A stretch of 64,000 nt of DNA from Candidatus Omnitrophota bacterium (lineage in GTDB: Bacteria > Omnitrophota > Gorgyraeia > Tantalellales > Tantalellaceae), in contig JAHJBY010000033.1 of the NCBI GenBank assembly GCA_018813285.1, positions 69,157 to 133,156 of the forward strand. Reading direction: 5' to 3'. Positions 19,123 to 26,751 of the stretch are shown piece after piece; the stretch's first letter is position 1; each line of letters opens with the position of its first letter. The translations under genes and the position numbers were made by a program. Under the pieces are notes generated by a model that was not told where the DNA came from, did no database searches, and saw only the letters and a list, made by a program, of their open reading frames with translations.

Positions 19123-21231
19123 TTACACGATCGAGAGCGCGGTGTTAAATAACAATTTAAAACTAGTCCCTTTACCCGGTTCACTATCAACACTGATACG
19201 GCCGTTATTTCTCTCAACAATCTGTTTCACAATAAAAAGTCCGAGGCCGGTACCGCTACCGGGTTCTTTGGTCGTGAAAAATGGATCCCAGATCTGGGCC
19301 AGTTGCTCCCGCGTAATACCGGAACCGGTGTCTTCGATGTTTATCTGCACATTGTTGCCCTTTTCTGACGCCTTTATCAATATCTTGCCGCGCCCCTTAA
19401 TTGCCTGCGCGGCATTCCTTATGAGGTTAAAGAATATCTCCTGCATTTGCTTTCGATCCGCGGAAATATTCGGAAGGTTTTTGGGTATCATTTTCTGTAT
19501 TTCCACATTATCAAGTTTAAGATCATGTTCAAGAAGCGCCATCACTTCTTCTAACTCTTTTTCTACGCTAACATCGTTTTCTTTCTCGTCTTTCGAGGGC
19601 TTGGAAAAAGCTGAAAGTCTTTTCGTTATGCTAGATGCCCTGTCAGTTTCGTTTATAACTTTCTCCATTATCTCCTGTGCCTTGTCGATAACCTCAGCCG
19701 GATCCGCGTTCTCATAGAACCCATCTTCCTTATTTAAAATGAATAACTCACATTGGCCGCGGATAATGCCTAACGGATTACATATTTCATGATTTATACC
19801 CGCGGAAAGTGTTCCGATAACCGCCATCTTTTCCCGCTGCGCCGCCTGCGCCTGGGCCTGGGAAAGTTTAGCAATGAGGCGGGCATTGGTAATAGCTATT
19901 GCTATTGTTCCGGCTAACGGAAGCAAAATATCGATATCGTCCCGTGTGAAATCTTCATCGGACTTCTTCGCCCCGAGTACCAGCAGGCCCAGAATGCTCT
20001 TGTCGCGCCGGAGGGATATGACCAAACTGCCGCCCAGGGTTTTGATAGTTTCGGCGGTATCGGAGGATAATTTCACGTCCCCGCTATCTCCCTTAGGTTC
20101 GATCATGCAATACCCGGATTTCTCCATATCCGCTATCAACGCCGGACAACAAGGCAAAACACACTCCTTGGCAGATGGTTCGCCCACGGAAGCCACAAGT
20201 TTGAAATCGCTGTCATCATCGTCGCGCAACAGAACGGATACGCAACGTAATTTCATTATTTCGCTGAGTTTGTTTGCCGTAAGACCGCCCAGGACCCCGA
20301 TATTCAGTACAGTTAATACGTCATCCGCGAAGGTTTTTAGCAGCTCTTTGTAGTCATATTTTTTCTGGAAAAGAAACTTATCAGTAACATTTACCAGCAC
20401 GTTTTCCAGCGGACGCAGTATGAGCACGATCACGAAAACCGACGGGAATAATGCGATCCACCGGTTCTCGAGCATATTCTCAAACACAAGAGACCCGAGA
20501 TACGCAAAACAGGCAAATACAGCGTAAGACGCCGCGAAAAGGCCGGTAAAAACAAGGGTCCTCTTTATTATGACGTCAATGCCAAGTAATTGGTGGCGCA
20601 CGATGGCATAGAAAATTACGCACGTATAAACGATCACGAAAAGATCATGTGGAACCATTTCCTGGATATTAAAAACCGGTAAAAAATGGACGAAACCGCC
20701 TATTAAAGCGATAAAAAATCCCCAGAATATATAATATAACTGTCTGGTCCTGGTCTTCATCATCACAGCATACAGTCTGCAAAAAGCGTATATGCAAATC
20801 ACGAAAAAAAACGCTATGAAAGCATAGAAGACGCCGCCCGGAACTATTTTCGACGATAAATTTAACCGTCGAATATCCAGGATAAAAAACGGAGAGTACG
20901 CGAACAGCAGAAAAAACACGCATATTATATATGTCGATCTTAAGACGATCTTATCGATTTTTCCGATCCACTTTTCTATGGTGGACAAAATGAAACGCAG
21001 GAATAACGCGGGCGCGAGGATGGCAAATAGATAAACCGCCCTCGAAAGAAACAGATCAGATAACCGGTCGTTGTACGCGATGATCGGGAAAAGGCACCAG
21101 ATGCCGGTAGCCATTGTCACTAAAATAAAATTTCTGTGAACAACGTTTTTGTTTTTCTGACACAAAACAAACATACTCAAGAAAATACATACCAGAGACG
21201 CGAGAAGCGAACTTATAGTATAAATTGTCAT
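19123..21231 (-). CDS. Sensor histidine kinase: polytopic N-terminal membrane domain, GAF-like region, HisKA, HATPase_c
   Basis: 702 aa; about 9-10 hydrophobic helices in the first ~300 aa. H-box (GINHEICNPLG). G1/G2 boxes (DTGSGI, GSGTGLGLFIVKQ). Confidence 0.85.
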   Translation of the reverse strand: MTIYTISSLLASLVCIFLSMFVLCQKNKNVVHRNFILVTMATGIWCLFPIIAYNDRLSDLFLSRAVYLFAILAPALFLRFILSTIEKWIGKIDKIVLRSTYIICVFFLLFAYSPFFILDIRRLNLSSKIVPGGVFYAFIAFFFVICIYAFCRLYAVMMKTRTRQLYYIFWGFFIALIGGFVHFLPVFNIQEMVPHDLFVIVYTCVIFYAIVRHQLLGIDVIIKRTLVFTGLFAASYAVFACFAYLGSLVFENMLENRWIALFPSVFVIVLILRPLENVLVNVTDKFLFQKKYDYKELLKTFADDVLTVLNIGVLGGLTANKLSEIMKLRCVSVLLRDDDDSDFKLVASVGEPSAKECVLPCCPALIADMEKSGYCMIEPKGDSGDVKLSSDTAETIKTLGGSLVISLRRDKSILGLLVLGAKKSDEDFTRDDIDILLPLAGTIAIAITNARLIAKLSQAQAQAAQREKMAVIGTLSAGINHEICNPLGIIRGQCELFILNKEDGFYENADPAEVIDKAQEIMEKVINETDRASSITKRLSAFSKPSKDEKENDVSVEKELEEVMALLEHDLKLDNVEIQKMIPKNLPNISADRKQMQEIFFNLIRNAAQAIKGRGKILIKASEKGNNVQINIEDTGSGITREQLAQIWDPFFTTKEPGSGTGLGLFIVKQIVERNNGRISVDSEPGKGTSFKLLFNTALSIV

Positions 21232-22352
21232 AAATAAACCAACTTTTTATTTTTGTCCGATATACTTTTTGCCGTTCTTGAGATTCTCTGATCAGTTATG
21301 ACTTCATACGCGCTTCGCAGTTCATTTATGCAAAATCCATGTTTTTCCGCCAGTTCCTTCATTTCTATGACCTTGTCAAAATCAACATTAGCTCCAATGG
21401 AATAATTTTCAAATTTTCGTTCCAATGTCAGAATCATGGTCTCCGCTATGCACGCATATGCCAGACCTTTATTTGGGCCAAAGAAAAAATTAAAATCAAC
21501 GTTGCTCGGCGGCCTTATCACGCCACCTTCGAACAACAATATATCATTTCTTCCTTCAAAAATATCTTCCGAAACGTTTTTGGGAACCGAAACATCACAG
21601 ACAATGGCTCCCGGAGGAAAATCATCCTCAGAAACCAAACTCTTGGGGTAGTTGGTCACAAACAGCGCCACATCCGCATGCTTCAAAGCTTCCCTTAAAT
21701 TCGTCGACACCTTCACTTCGCAGCTGTTTCCTATTGAGAGCAGATCATCTTTCTGGGCATCCAGCCTGGATTCGTTCCTGGCGACTAAAGTTACCTTTCC
21801 GACCTGGCCGGACATAACCAGCATTTTTGAACATACCTTCCCAATTTTCCCCGTTGCGCCCACGATCACGCAATTACTTTTTTTGAGATCAAGCCGGACT
21901 TGCGATGCCGCAAGAAATATCGCTTCTATTATGGAAACTATTGTATACGCGGAACCCGTCGTAATGGGAATATCCATTCTTTTAGCGAGTTCCAGGCCTC
22001 TGCGCCCCACTAAAGCGGTATAGGCCCCAAGACCAAGCATGCCGACGCCCATACTCTGAGCCAGTTCTCCGACTTTTACAAGATGACGCAAAAGAACGCT
22101 ATCGTTCATATTCAAAAATTGCTCGGGAACCATCATGCTGACAAAAAAGTAGCCCTCGATCTCTTTGCCGGTTTTGGACTTGATCCCGGTAATGGTCGAC
22201 TGGTAATAAGGATATACCCACCGCAAAACCCGTTCTGTCATCCTCTGTCTATCGGAATTTTCTTCAATGGAAAAATCTAAACGAGGCTCATCGTATGCCT
22301 TGGCGGTCATATGCCAATCGGTATTGTGCAAAAGAAATCCAAATTTATCCAT
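21228..22352 (-). CDS. Acyl-ACP reductase (AAR)-like NAD(P)-dependent reductase
   Basis: 374 aa. From memory it resembles cyanobacterial AAR: FGFLLH vs FGLIGH N-terminus, Rossmann VIVGATGKIGKVCSKML vs VAVVGATGDIGSAVCRWL, LVARNESRLD vs LTARNQERLD, C-terminal ...KHGF. Family assignment rests on recollection, not a search. Confidence 0.5.
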   Translation of the reverse strand: MDKFGFLLHNTDWHMTAKAYDEPRLDFSIEENSDRQRMTERVLRWVYPYYQSTITGIKSKTGKEIEGYFFVSMMVPEQFLNMNDSVLLRHLVKVGELAQSMGVGMLGLGAYTALVGRRGLELAKRMDIPITTGSAYTIVSIIEAIFLAASQVRLDLKKSNCVIVGATGKIGKVCSKMLVMSGQVGKVTLVARNESRLDAQKDDLLSIGNSCEVKVSTNLREALKHADVALFVTNYPKSLVSEDDFPPGAIVCDVSVPKNVSEDIFEGRNDILLFEGGVIRPPSNVDFNFFFGPNKGLAYACIAETMILTLERKFENYSIGANVDFDKVIEMKELAEKHGFCINELRSAYEVITDQRISRTAKSISDKNKKLVYL

Positions 22353-22785
22353 TTTCGCACTTCCTTTTTAGCGATAAAACCATTCCTTTAAGCGCCTTTT
22401 TTGCCTTTCTTTCCAGCATCGCGCCGACGTGTTTTTCCATATTGGGTACGCCCCAATCAAAATAAGCTTCCAGTTTGATATTTGAGCCGTTATCCCCTGT
22501 ATCTTCGATCCGCCATTCCCCGCAATAGATATAAAAATCCCCTTCGAGAGCTTTAAATGAGATGGTTTTGCTCTGTTTGTGGATGATCTCTTCCTCTGTC
22601 CACTCAAAAGGCGCTCCGTCAAAGTCGACCTGCCATCTCATTCGCAGGATATTTCCATTACCCGGCAGTTCAGTGATCTGTTTTACGCCGGAAATAAAAT
22701 CCGCGTACTTTTTAAAATCTTTCACGACCTTAAACACCTCCCCGGCCTTTTTGTTTATTTTATTCACGACTTTTATCCGTATCAT
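22345..22785 (-). CDS. SRPBCC (polyketide cyclase/START-like) ligand-binding protein
   Basis: ORF 22345..22869. Likely start MIRIKVVNKINKKAGEVFKVVKDFKKYADFI, typical of Polyketide_cyc2 N-termini. About 146 aa. Confidence 0.6.
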   Translation of the reverse strand: MIRIKVVNKINKKAGEVFKVVKDFKKYADFISGVKQITELPGNGNILRMRWQVDFDGAPFEWTEEEIIHKQSKTISFKALEGDFYIYCGEWRIEDTGDNGSNIKLEAYFDWGVPNMEKHVGAMLERKAKKALKGMVLSLKRKCENG

Positions 22786-22805
22786 CGAAAACTCCTTTCG
22801 AACAA

Positions 22806-22985
22806 TTAGATCGTTTTCTTCTCTTGTTTCTCTATCCAGTTGTCGATAGTTGATTTTTTGAAGCGCCAACTGGAGCCAACCTTAAAGGCCGGAAGCTTCC
22901 CCTGCTGGGCGTGCTTATAGATGGTAACCACCTTTATTTTCAGGTATTTGGCTACCTCATCTACGGTCATCATTTGACTGGCCAT
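22806..22985 (-). CDS. Excisionase-family helix-turn-helix DNA-binding protein
   Basis: MTVDEVAKYLKIKVVTIYKHAQQGKLPAFKVGSSWRFKKSTIDNWIEK matches the excisionase/MerR-like HTH_17 pattern. Start taken at internal MASQMM. Confidence 0.7.
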   Translation of the reverse strand: MASQMMTVDEVAKYLKIKVVTIYKHAQQGKLPAFKVGSSWRFKKSTIDNWIEKQEKKTI

Positions 22986-23168
22986 AATCCCTCCACGTAT
23001 GCAATCCCCTTCGATCACACTTTTTATGGTTTGTTACCTATTGTTACAAATTACCCTTTATTGACACCTGCTAACACTATTTCATATATAGCGATACGAG
23101 TTAGCAAGTGCTGTAAAGTATAATGACTTCCGGGAAAAAAGCAAGAAACGTGTGTCAAAAAAGCGGTA

Positions 23169-23256
23169 GGGGCGAAAGATTTTTCGCCCACGAATTCACA
23201 AAGGGCGAAAGATTTTTCGCCCACGAATTCACAAAGGGCGAAAGATTTTTCGCCCC
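23169..23256. terminator. Triple tandem hairpin array (33-bp period) downstream of pgpA
   Basis: Three copies of GGGCGAAAGATTTTTCGCCC (8-bp stem GGGCGAAA/TTTCGCCC) separated by the identical ACGAATTCACAAA spacer. On the minus strand the array is followed by CCTACCGCTTTTTT. Confidence 0.6.
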
Positions 23257-23258
23257 TA

Positions 23259-23711
23259 CTAAAATATACGGGAATAGACTAATGAGTGAAGTATAATGTT
23301 GGCGTAAATGGCGGCAACGAGATCATCGAGCATGATCCCCCATCCCCCTTTCAACTTCTCTATCTTGCGAATAGGCGGAGGTTTCACTATATCCATCAAA
23401 CGATATATGATAAACCCCGCTAAAACATATGCCGGACTTAACGGTATAAGAAAAAAAACCGGGAATATGCACGCAAATTCGTCAATCACGATATACGCCG
23501 GATCCCGGACGTCAGAATCCGCTTCAACATTGGCCGCGGAAATCACTCCAATAATGAATAGACACAAAAAAACCAGAGTGTACAGAACGATATGCCCGTG
23601 CAATGCCACGCACAATACAAGCCCGGCAAGGCTTCCCCAGGTCCCCGGAGCTAATGGCAGTTTTCCCAAACCGAAGACTGTGGCTATGTTATGAGATATC
23701 TTTTGATCCAT
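23259..23711 (-). CDS. pgpA: Phosphatidylglycerophosphatase A
   Basis: ORF 23259..23780; start at MDQKISHNIATVFGLGKLPLAPGTWGSLAG (PgpA N-terminal signature). Overlaps pgsA stop. Confidence 0.8.
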   Translation of the reverse strand: MDQKISHNIATVFGLGKLPLAPGTWGSLAGLVLCVALHGHIVLYTLVFLCLFIIGVISAANVEADSDVRDPAYIVIDEFACIFPVFFLIPLSPAYVLAGFIIYRLMDIVKPPPIRKIEKLKGGWGIMLDDLVAAIYANIILHSLVYSRIF

Positions 23712-24294
23712 TTCCACCGTTATGGATATATTTTTTATTCCCCACAATATATGAAACCCCGCTCCCGATAGTAAGCACAACTGTTATAAGCATAAGAACG
23801 AATATCACCTGTCTGTACCAGTATTCAAATGCGGGGTTCCAGAAACCGAATACTTCAACTCCGGCCTCTTTGAAAACTATAAATATCAGGATAACCAGTA
23901 TGGAAAACATCTGTGAAACGGTTTTATGCTTACCTCCCATCCCGGCAGGAAGCACCTCGTTATTCTTGAGCGCGAGTATCCTTAAGCTCGTCACAAGCAG
24001 CTCCCGCATTATGATGATCACAAGTATCCACGCCGGAATGAGTTTCATTTCCACAAAGGCGAGAAAAGCGGCCAGCGTAAGGACCTTATCGGCCACCGGA
24101 TCCATTACCTTACCAAAATCAGACTTCAGGTCGTATTTCTTGGCAATAAAACCATCTAGATAATCGCTCAAAGCGGCTATCATGAATATCACAAAGGCGA
24201 ATATCTTACAAATGATCCCCCCGGAAAAAAGAAGGATCATAAAAATAAACGTAAGGGCTATTCTTGCGACCGTTATTTTATTCGGTAGATTCAT
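23689..24294 (-). CDS. pgsA: CDP-diacylglycerol--glycerol-3-phosphate 3-phosphatidyltransferase
   Basis: 201 aa; CDP-alcohol phosphatidyltransferase motif DYLDGFIAKK ... DPVADK. Confidence 0.85.
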   Translation of the reverse strand: MNLPNKITVARIALTFIFMILLFSGGIICKIFAFVIFMIAALSDYLDGFIAKKYDLKSDFGKVMDPVADKVLTLAAFLAFVEMKLIPAWILVIIIMRELLVTSLRILALKNNEVLPAGMGGKHKTVSQMFSILVILIFIVFKEAGVEVFGFWNPAFEYWYRQVIFVLMLITVVLTIGSGVSYIVGNKKYIHNGGNGSKDIS

Positions 24295-25763
24295 CTTGCC
24301 GCGACCCCGATAAGATCATATTCCATGGCACCGGTGATCTCTACATTGACGAAATCACCTACACATATGTCCTGCCCCTCCACGTATACATCGCCGTCGA
24401 CTTCCGGGGCATCCATATAGCTCCGGCCAATGAATCCTTTCAACTCCCCGGGCTGAAGCCCAGGGGTTCCAGATAGGGATTCATACTGAGGCGGCTCACA
24501 TGTATCCCCGCCGTAAACGGCGGGGTTTAGCGCCGCTGAATGTATAACCCGGCCTGTCTCATCGGATACCTCTTCGTCTATCAGCACCCTTAATGTCTTC
24601 CCAAGATATTTAAGGTTATTTTCGCGGGATATATTCTGCTGCAAACGCATTATCGCATCAAACCTTTCCCTCTTCACTTTTTCCGGGACCTGTTCCGGAA
24701 AACCGGCAGCCGGGGTGCCTTCCTCGGGTGAGTAAATAAACGCCCCGAGCCGCTCAAACCGTGTCTCTTTAAGAAAATCCAGAAGTTCCGCGAACTGGCT
24801 GCGGGTCTCCCCCGGAAAACCAACGATAACCGATGTCCTCAGCACCACATCTTCCATTCGAGCGCGCAAACGATCTATGAGATCTTTAATTTCTTCGCCG
24901 GTAATACGTCGGTTCATCTTCCGCAATATTTCATTGTTTATGTGCTGGATCGGCAGATCAATATATTTGCAAATGTTTTCCTCATCGGCAATAACGGATA
25001 TAAGTTCCCGACTAAAATGCGCGGGATGAGTATACAGTAGTCGTATCCATCCGTCTGACATTACAGGACATAACTTTTTCAAAAGCGCGGGTAGCTGTCC
25101 GGATCCCGTTTTCTCGCTGCCAAAAGCGGTTATATCCTGAGCTACAAGTATAAGCTCTTTCACTTTATTATGTTCGGATCTTATTTTTTTTGCTTCCGCA
25201 ATAACAGAATCCATAGTACGGCTACGCAACGGCCCTCTGAGATCGGGGATAACGCAATAACTGCATCGGTTCGAACAGCCTTCTTGTATCTTCAAATACG
25301 CGTAATGTTCGGGGGTCAAAAAACCCCTGGTATTAGAGTTGTCGTATAGAAAGCACGGGACACTCGACACTTCTGTCACTTTCACGCCGGAAGCGATCGC
25401 ATCCAGAAAAACGGGTATGCGCATATAATCGGATGTTCCGAACACACCATCTATCTCTTTTATCTCATCCATTAATTCCGAAGGATATCGCTGGGAAAGG
25501 CATCCGGTGACTACGATCTTTTCGGGTTTTCCGGCCTTTTTGAGTTCAGCGAGCCTCAATATCATATCAATGGATTCTTGCTTCGCGTCCTGAATAAATC
25601 CGCAGGTATTCACGATAGCGAGATCCGCATCCAGGGGTTCGTCGACAATAGTTAAACCTTTTTCTTTGAGAAACCCCTGTAGGACTTCGCTGTCAACAAG
25701 ATTACGTGAACAACCGAGGCTCAAAATGTATACTCTTTTTATAGACAAACGGCCGGCCGTCAC
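24291..25763 (-). CDS. rimO: Ribosomal protein S12 methylthiotransferase (radical-SAM MTTase)
   Basis: 490 aa. N-terminal MTTase domain (SLGCSRNLVDSE), radical-SAM CSNRCSYC, C-terminal TRAM domain. Confidence 0.8.
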   Translation of the reverse strand: MTAGRLSIKRVYILSLGCSRNLVDSEVLQGFLKEKGLTIVDEPLDADLAIVNTCGFIQDAKQESIDMILRLAELKKAGKPEKIVVTGCLSQRYPSELMDEIKEIDGVFGTSDYMRIPVFLDAIASGVKVTEVSSVPCFLYDNSNTRGFLTPEHYAYLKIQEGCSNRCSYCVIPDLRGPLRSRTMDSVIAEAKKIRSEHNKVKELILVAQDITAFGSEKTGSGQLPALLKKLCPVMSDGWIRLLYTHPAHFSRELISVIADEENICKYIDLPIQHINNEILRKMNRRITGEEIKDLIDRLRARMEDVVLRTSVIVGFPGETRSQFAELLDFLKETRFERLGAFIYSPEEGTPAAGFPEQVPEKVKRERFDAIMRLQQNISRENNLKYLGKTLRVLIDEEVSDETGRVIHSAALNPAVYGGDTCEPPQYESLSGTPGLQPGELKGFIGRSYMDAPEVDGDVYVEGQDICVGDFVNVEITGAMEYDLIGVAAR

Positions 25764-26740
25764 GATCGATCAACCCGCTTGATCCATTTGCCGTTTACTT
25801 TCATGCCGCCCCGGGAGACTTCGATGTCCCTCACTACGCCATCCACGGCTTTTCCGAGATCCCGTCCGTTGATCACAAACTCGAGGTTTTCCCCTTTGCC
25901 GGTCCAAACTGTGAGATTATTCTCTGACTTCAACGTCGCTGATTCTCCGTCTTTCAACGTTCCGACAAAAACAGTGCGGTCATCATCAAATACCTGTATC
26001 CACACCATACCACGAGCCTTGAGTGTCAAGGTCAGCCTATCGCTATCAACGTCCTTTTTTGCCCGGGCCTGCCTGCGAGAAAGAACCAACGCGTCCTCCT
26101 CTCTCTTTGCCTTGACGGTTTCCGGTTTTTCCTCCGCCGGCAGCGCGGGATCTGATTTGGGCGCCGGCGCCGTTCCACGAAACACTGCCGGTTTTTCTTC
26201 TTTCGGGGATGCAGCCTTATCTTTTTTCACGGTTACCCCCGGCGGTACTTCCACGCATCCCGGCGACTTCGGTTTGCCTCCGGACATATTGAGCCGTATG
26301 CTGAACCTGAACAGAAAAATAAAAAGAATGGTTCCTATTATGATTACAACGGCCATTATTAAGCGTGATCTGACCTCACTGGCAGCCCCGGCAGAAGAGC
26401 GCGATCCCTCCTTGGAAGGTTTCCTGAAAAGGATCTTTTCTTCGACAAGTTTTTCGATAACAGGCCGCTCAAGCGTATCCTGTTCCTCCGTCTCTCCGGA
26501 CGGTCTTACAGCAGATTCATACTTTTTTAATATGTCCGTCTGATCCAGTTCAAGAAGTTTCGCGTATTTTTTTATGAACCCTTTTGTATACACCGGCCCG
26601 AGCCTGTCGAAAACACCGTTCTCGAGATCCCGTATTACGTTCGGATGCATGCGGGAATGCCGCCCGACATCGTCGATCGTCATGCCGCGTTTTTCACGAG
26701 TGTTTTTAAAAATGTCACCAAGTTCTCTGGCTGTCATCAT
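25760..26740 (-). CDS. rodZ: RodZ-like cytoskeleton protein (HTH-XRE, TM, C-terminal domain)
   Basis: 326 aa. N-terminal HTH (ELGDIFKNTREKRGMTIDDVGRHSRMHPNVIRDLENG), single TM (LIMAVVIIIGTILFIFLF), Pro/Lys-rich linker. Confidence 0.7.
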   Translation of the reverse strand: MMTARELGDIFKNTREKRGMTIDDVGRHSRMHPNVIRDLENGVFDRLGPVYTKGFIKKYAKLLELDQTDILKKYESAVRPSGETEEQDTLERPVIEKLVEEKILFRKPSKEGSRSSAGAASEVRSRLIMAVVIIIGTILFIFLFRFSIRLNMSGGKPKSPGCVEVPPGVTVKKDKAASPKEEKPAVFRGTAPAPKSDPALPAEEKPETVKAKREEDALVLSRRQARAKKDVDSDRLTLTLKARGMVWIQVFDDDRTVFVGTLKDGESATLKSENNLTVWTGKGENLEFVINGRDLGKAVDGVVRDIEVSRGGMKVNGKWIKRVDRS

Positions 26741-26751
26741 ACTCCCGACTT

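Noticed and set aside
22368-22622. 84-aa ORF inside the SRPBCC gene region
   Set aside because: Alternative frame overlapping the better-supported SRPBCC ORF. Composition is atypical.
23061-23090. Plus-strand TTGACA-18-TATATA promoter-like sequence aimed at the hairpin array
   Set aside because: There is no downstream plus-strand ORF, and the -10 element lies in an AT-rich stretch. Kept only as a note under the hairpin-array finding; could equally be chance.
23169-23256. CRISPR array interpretation of the tandem hairpins
   Set aside because: Only three units. The 13-nt spacers are identical to one another, and the repeats are 20 nt. No cas genes nearby.
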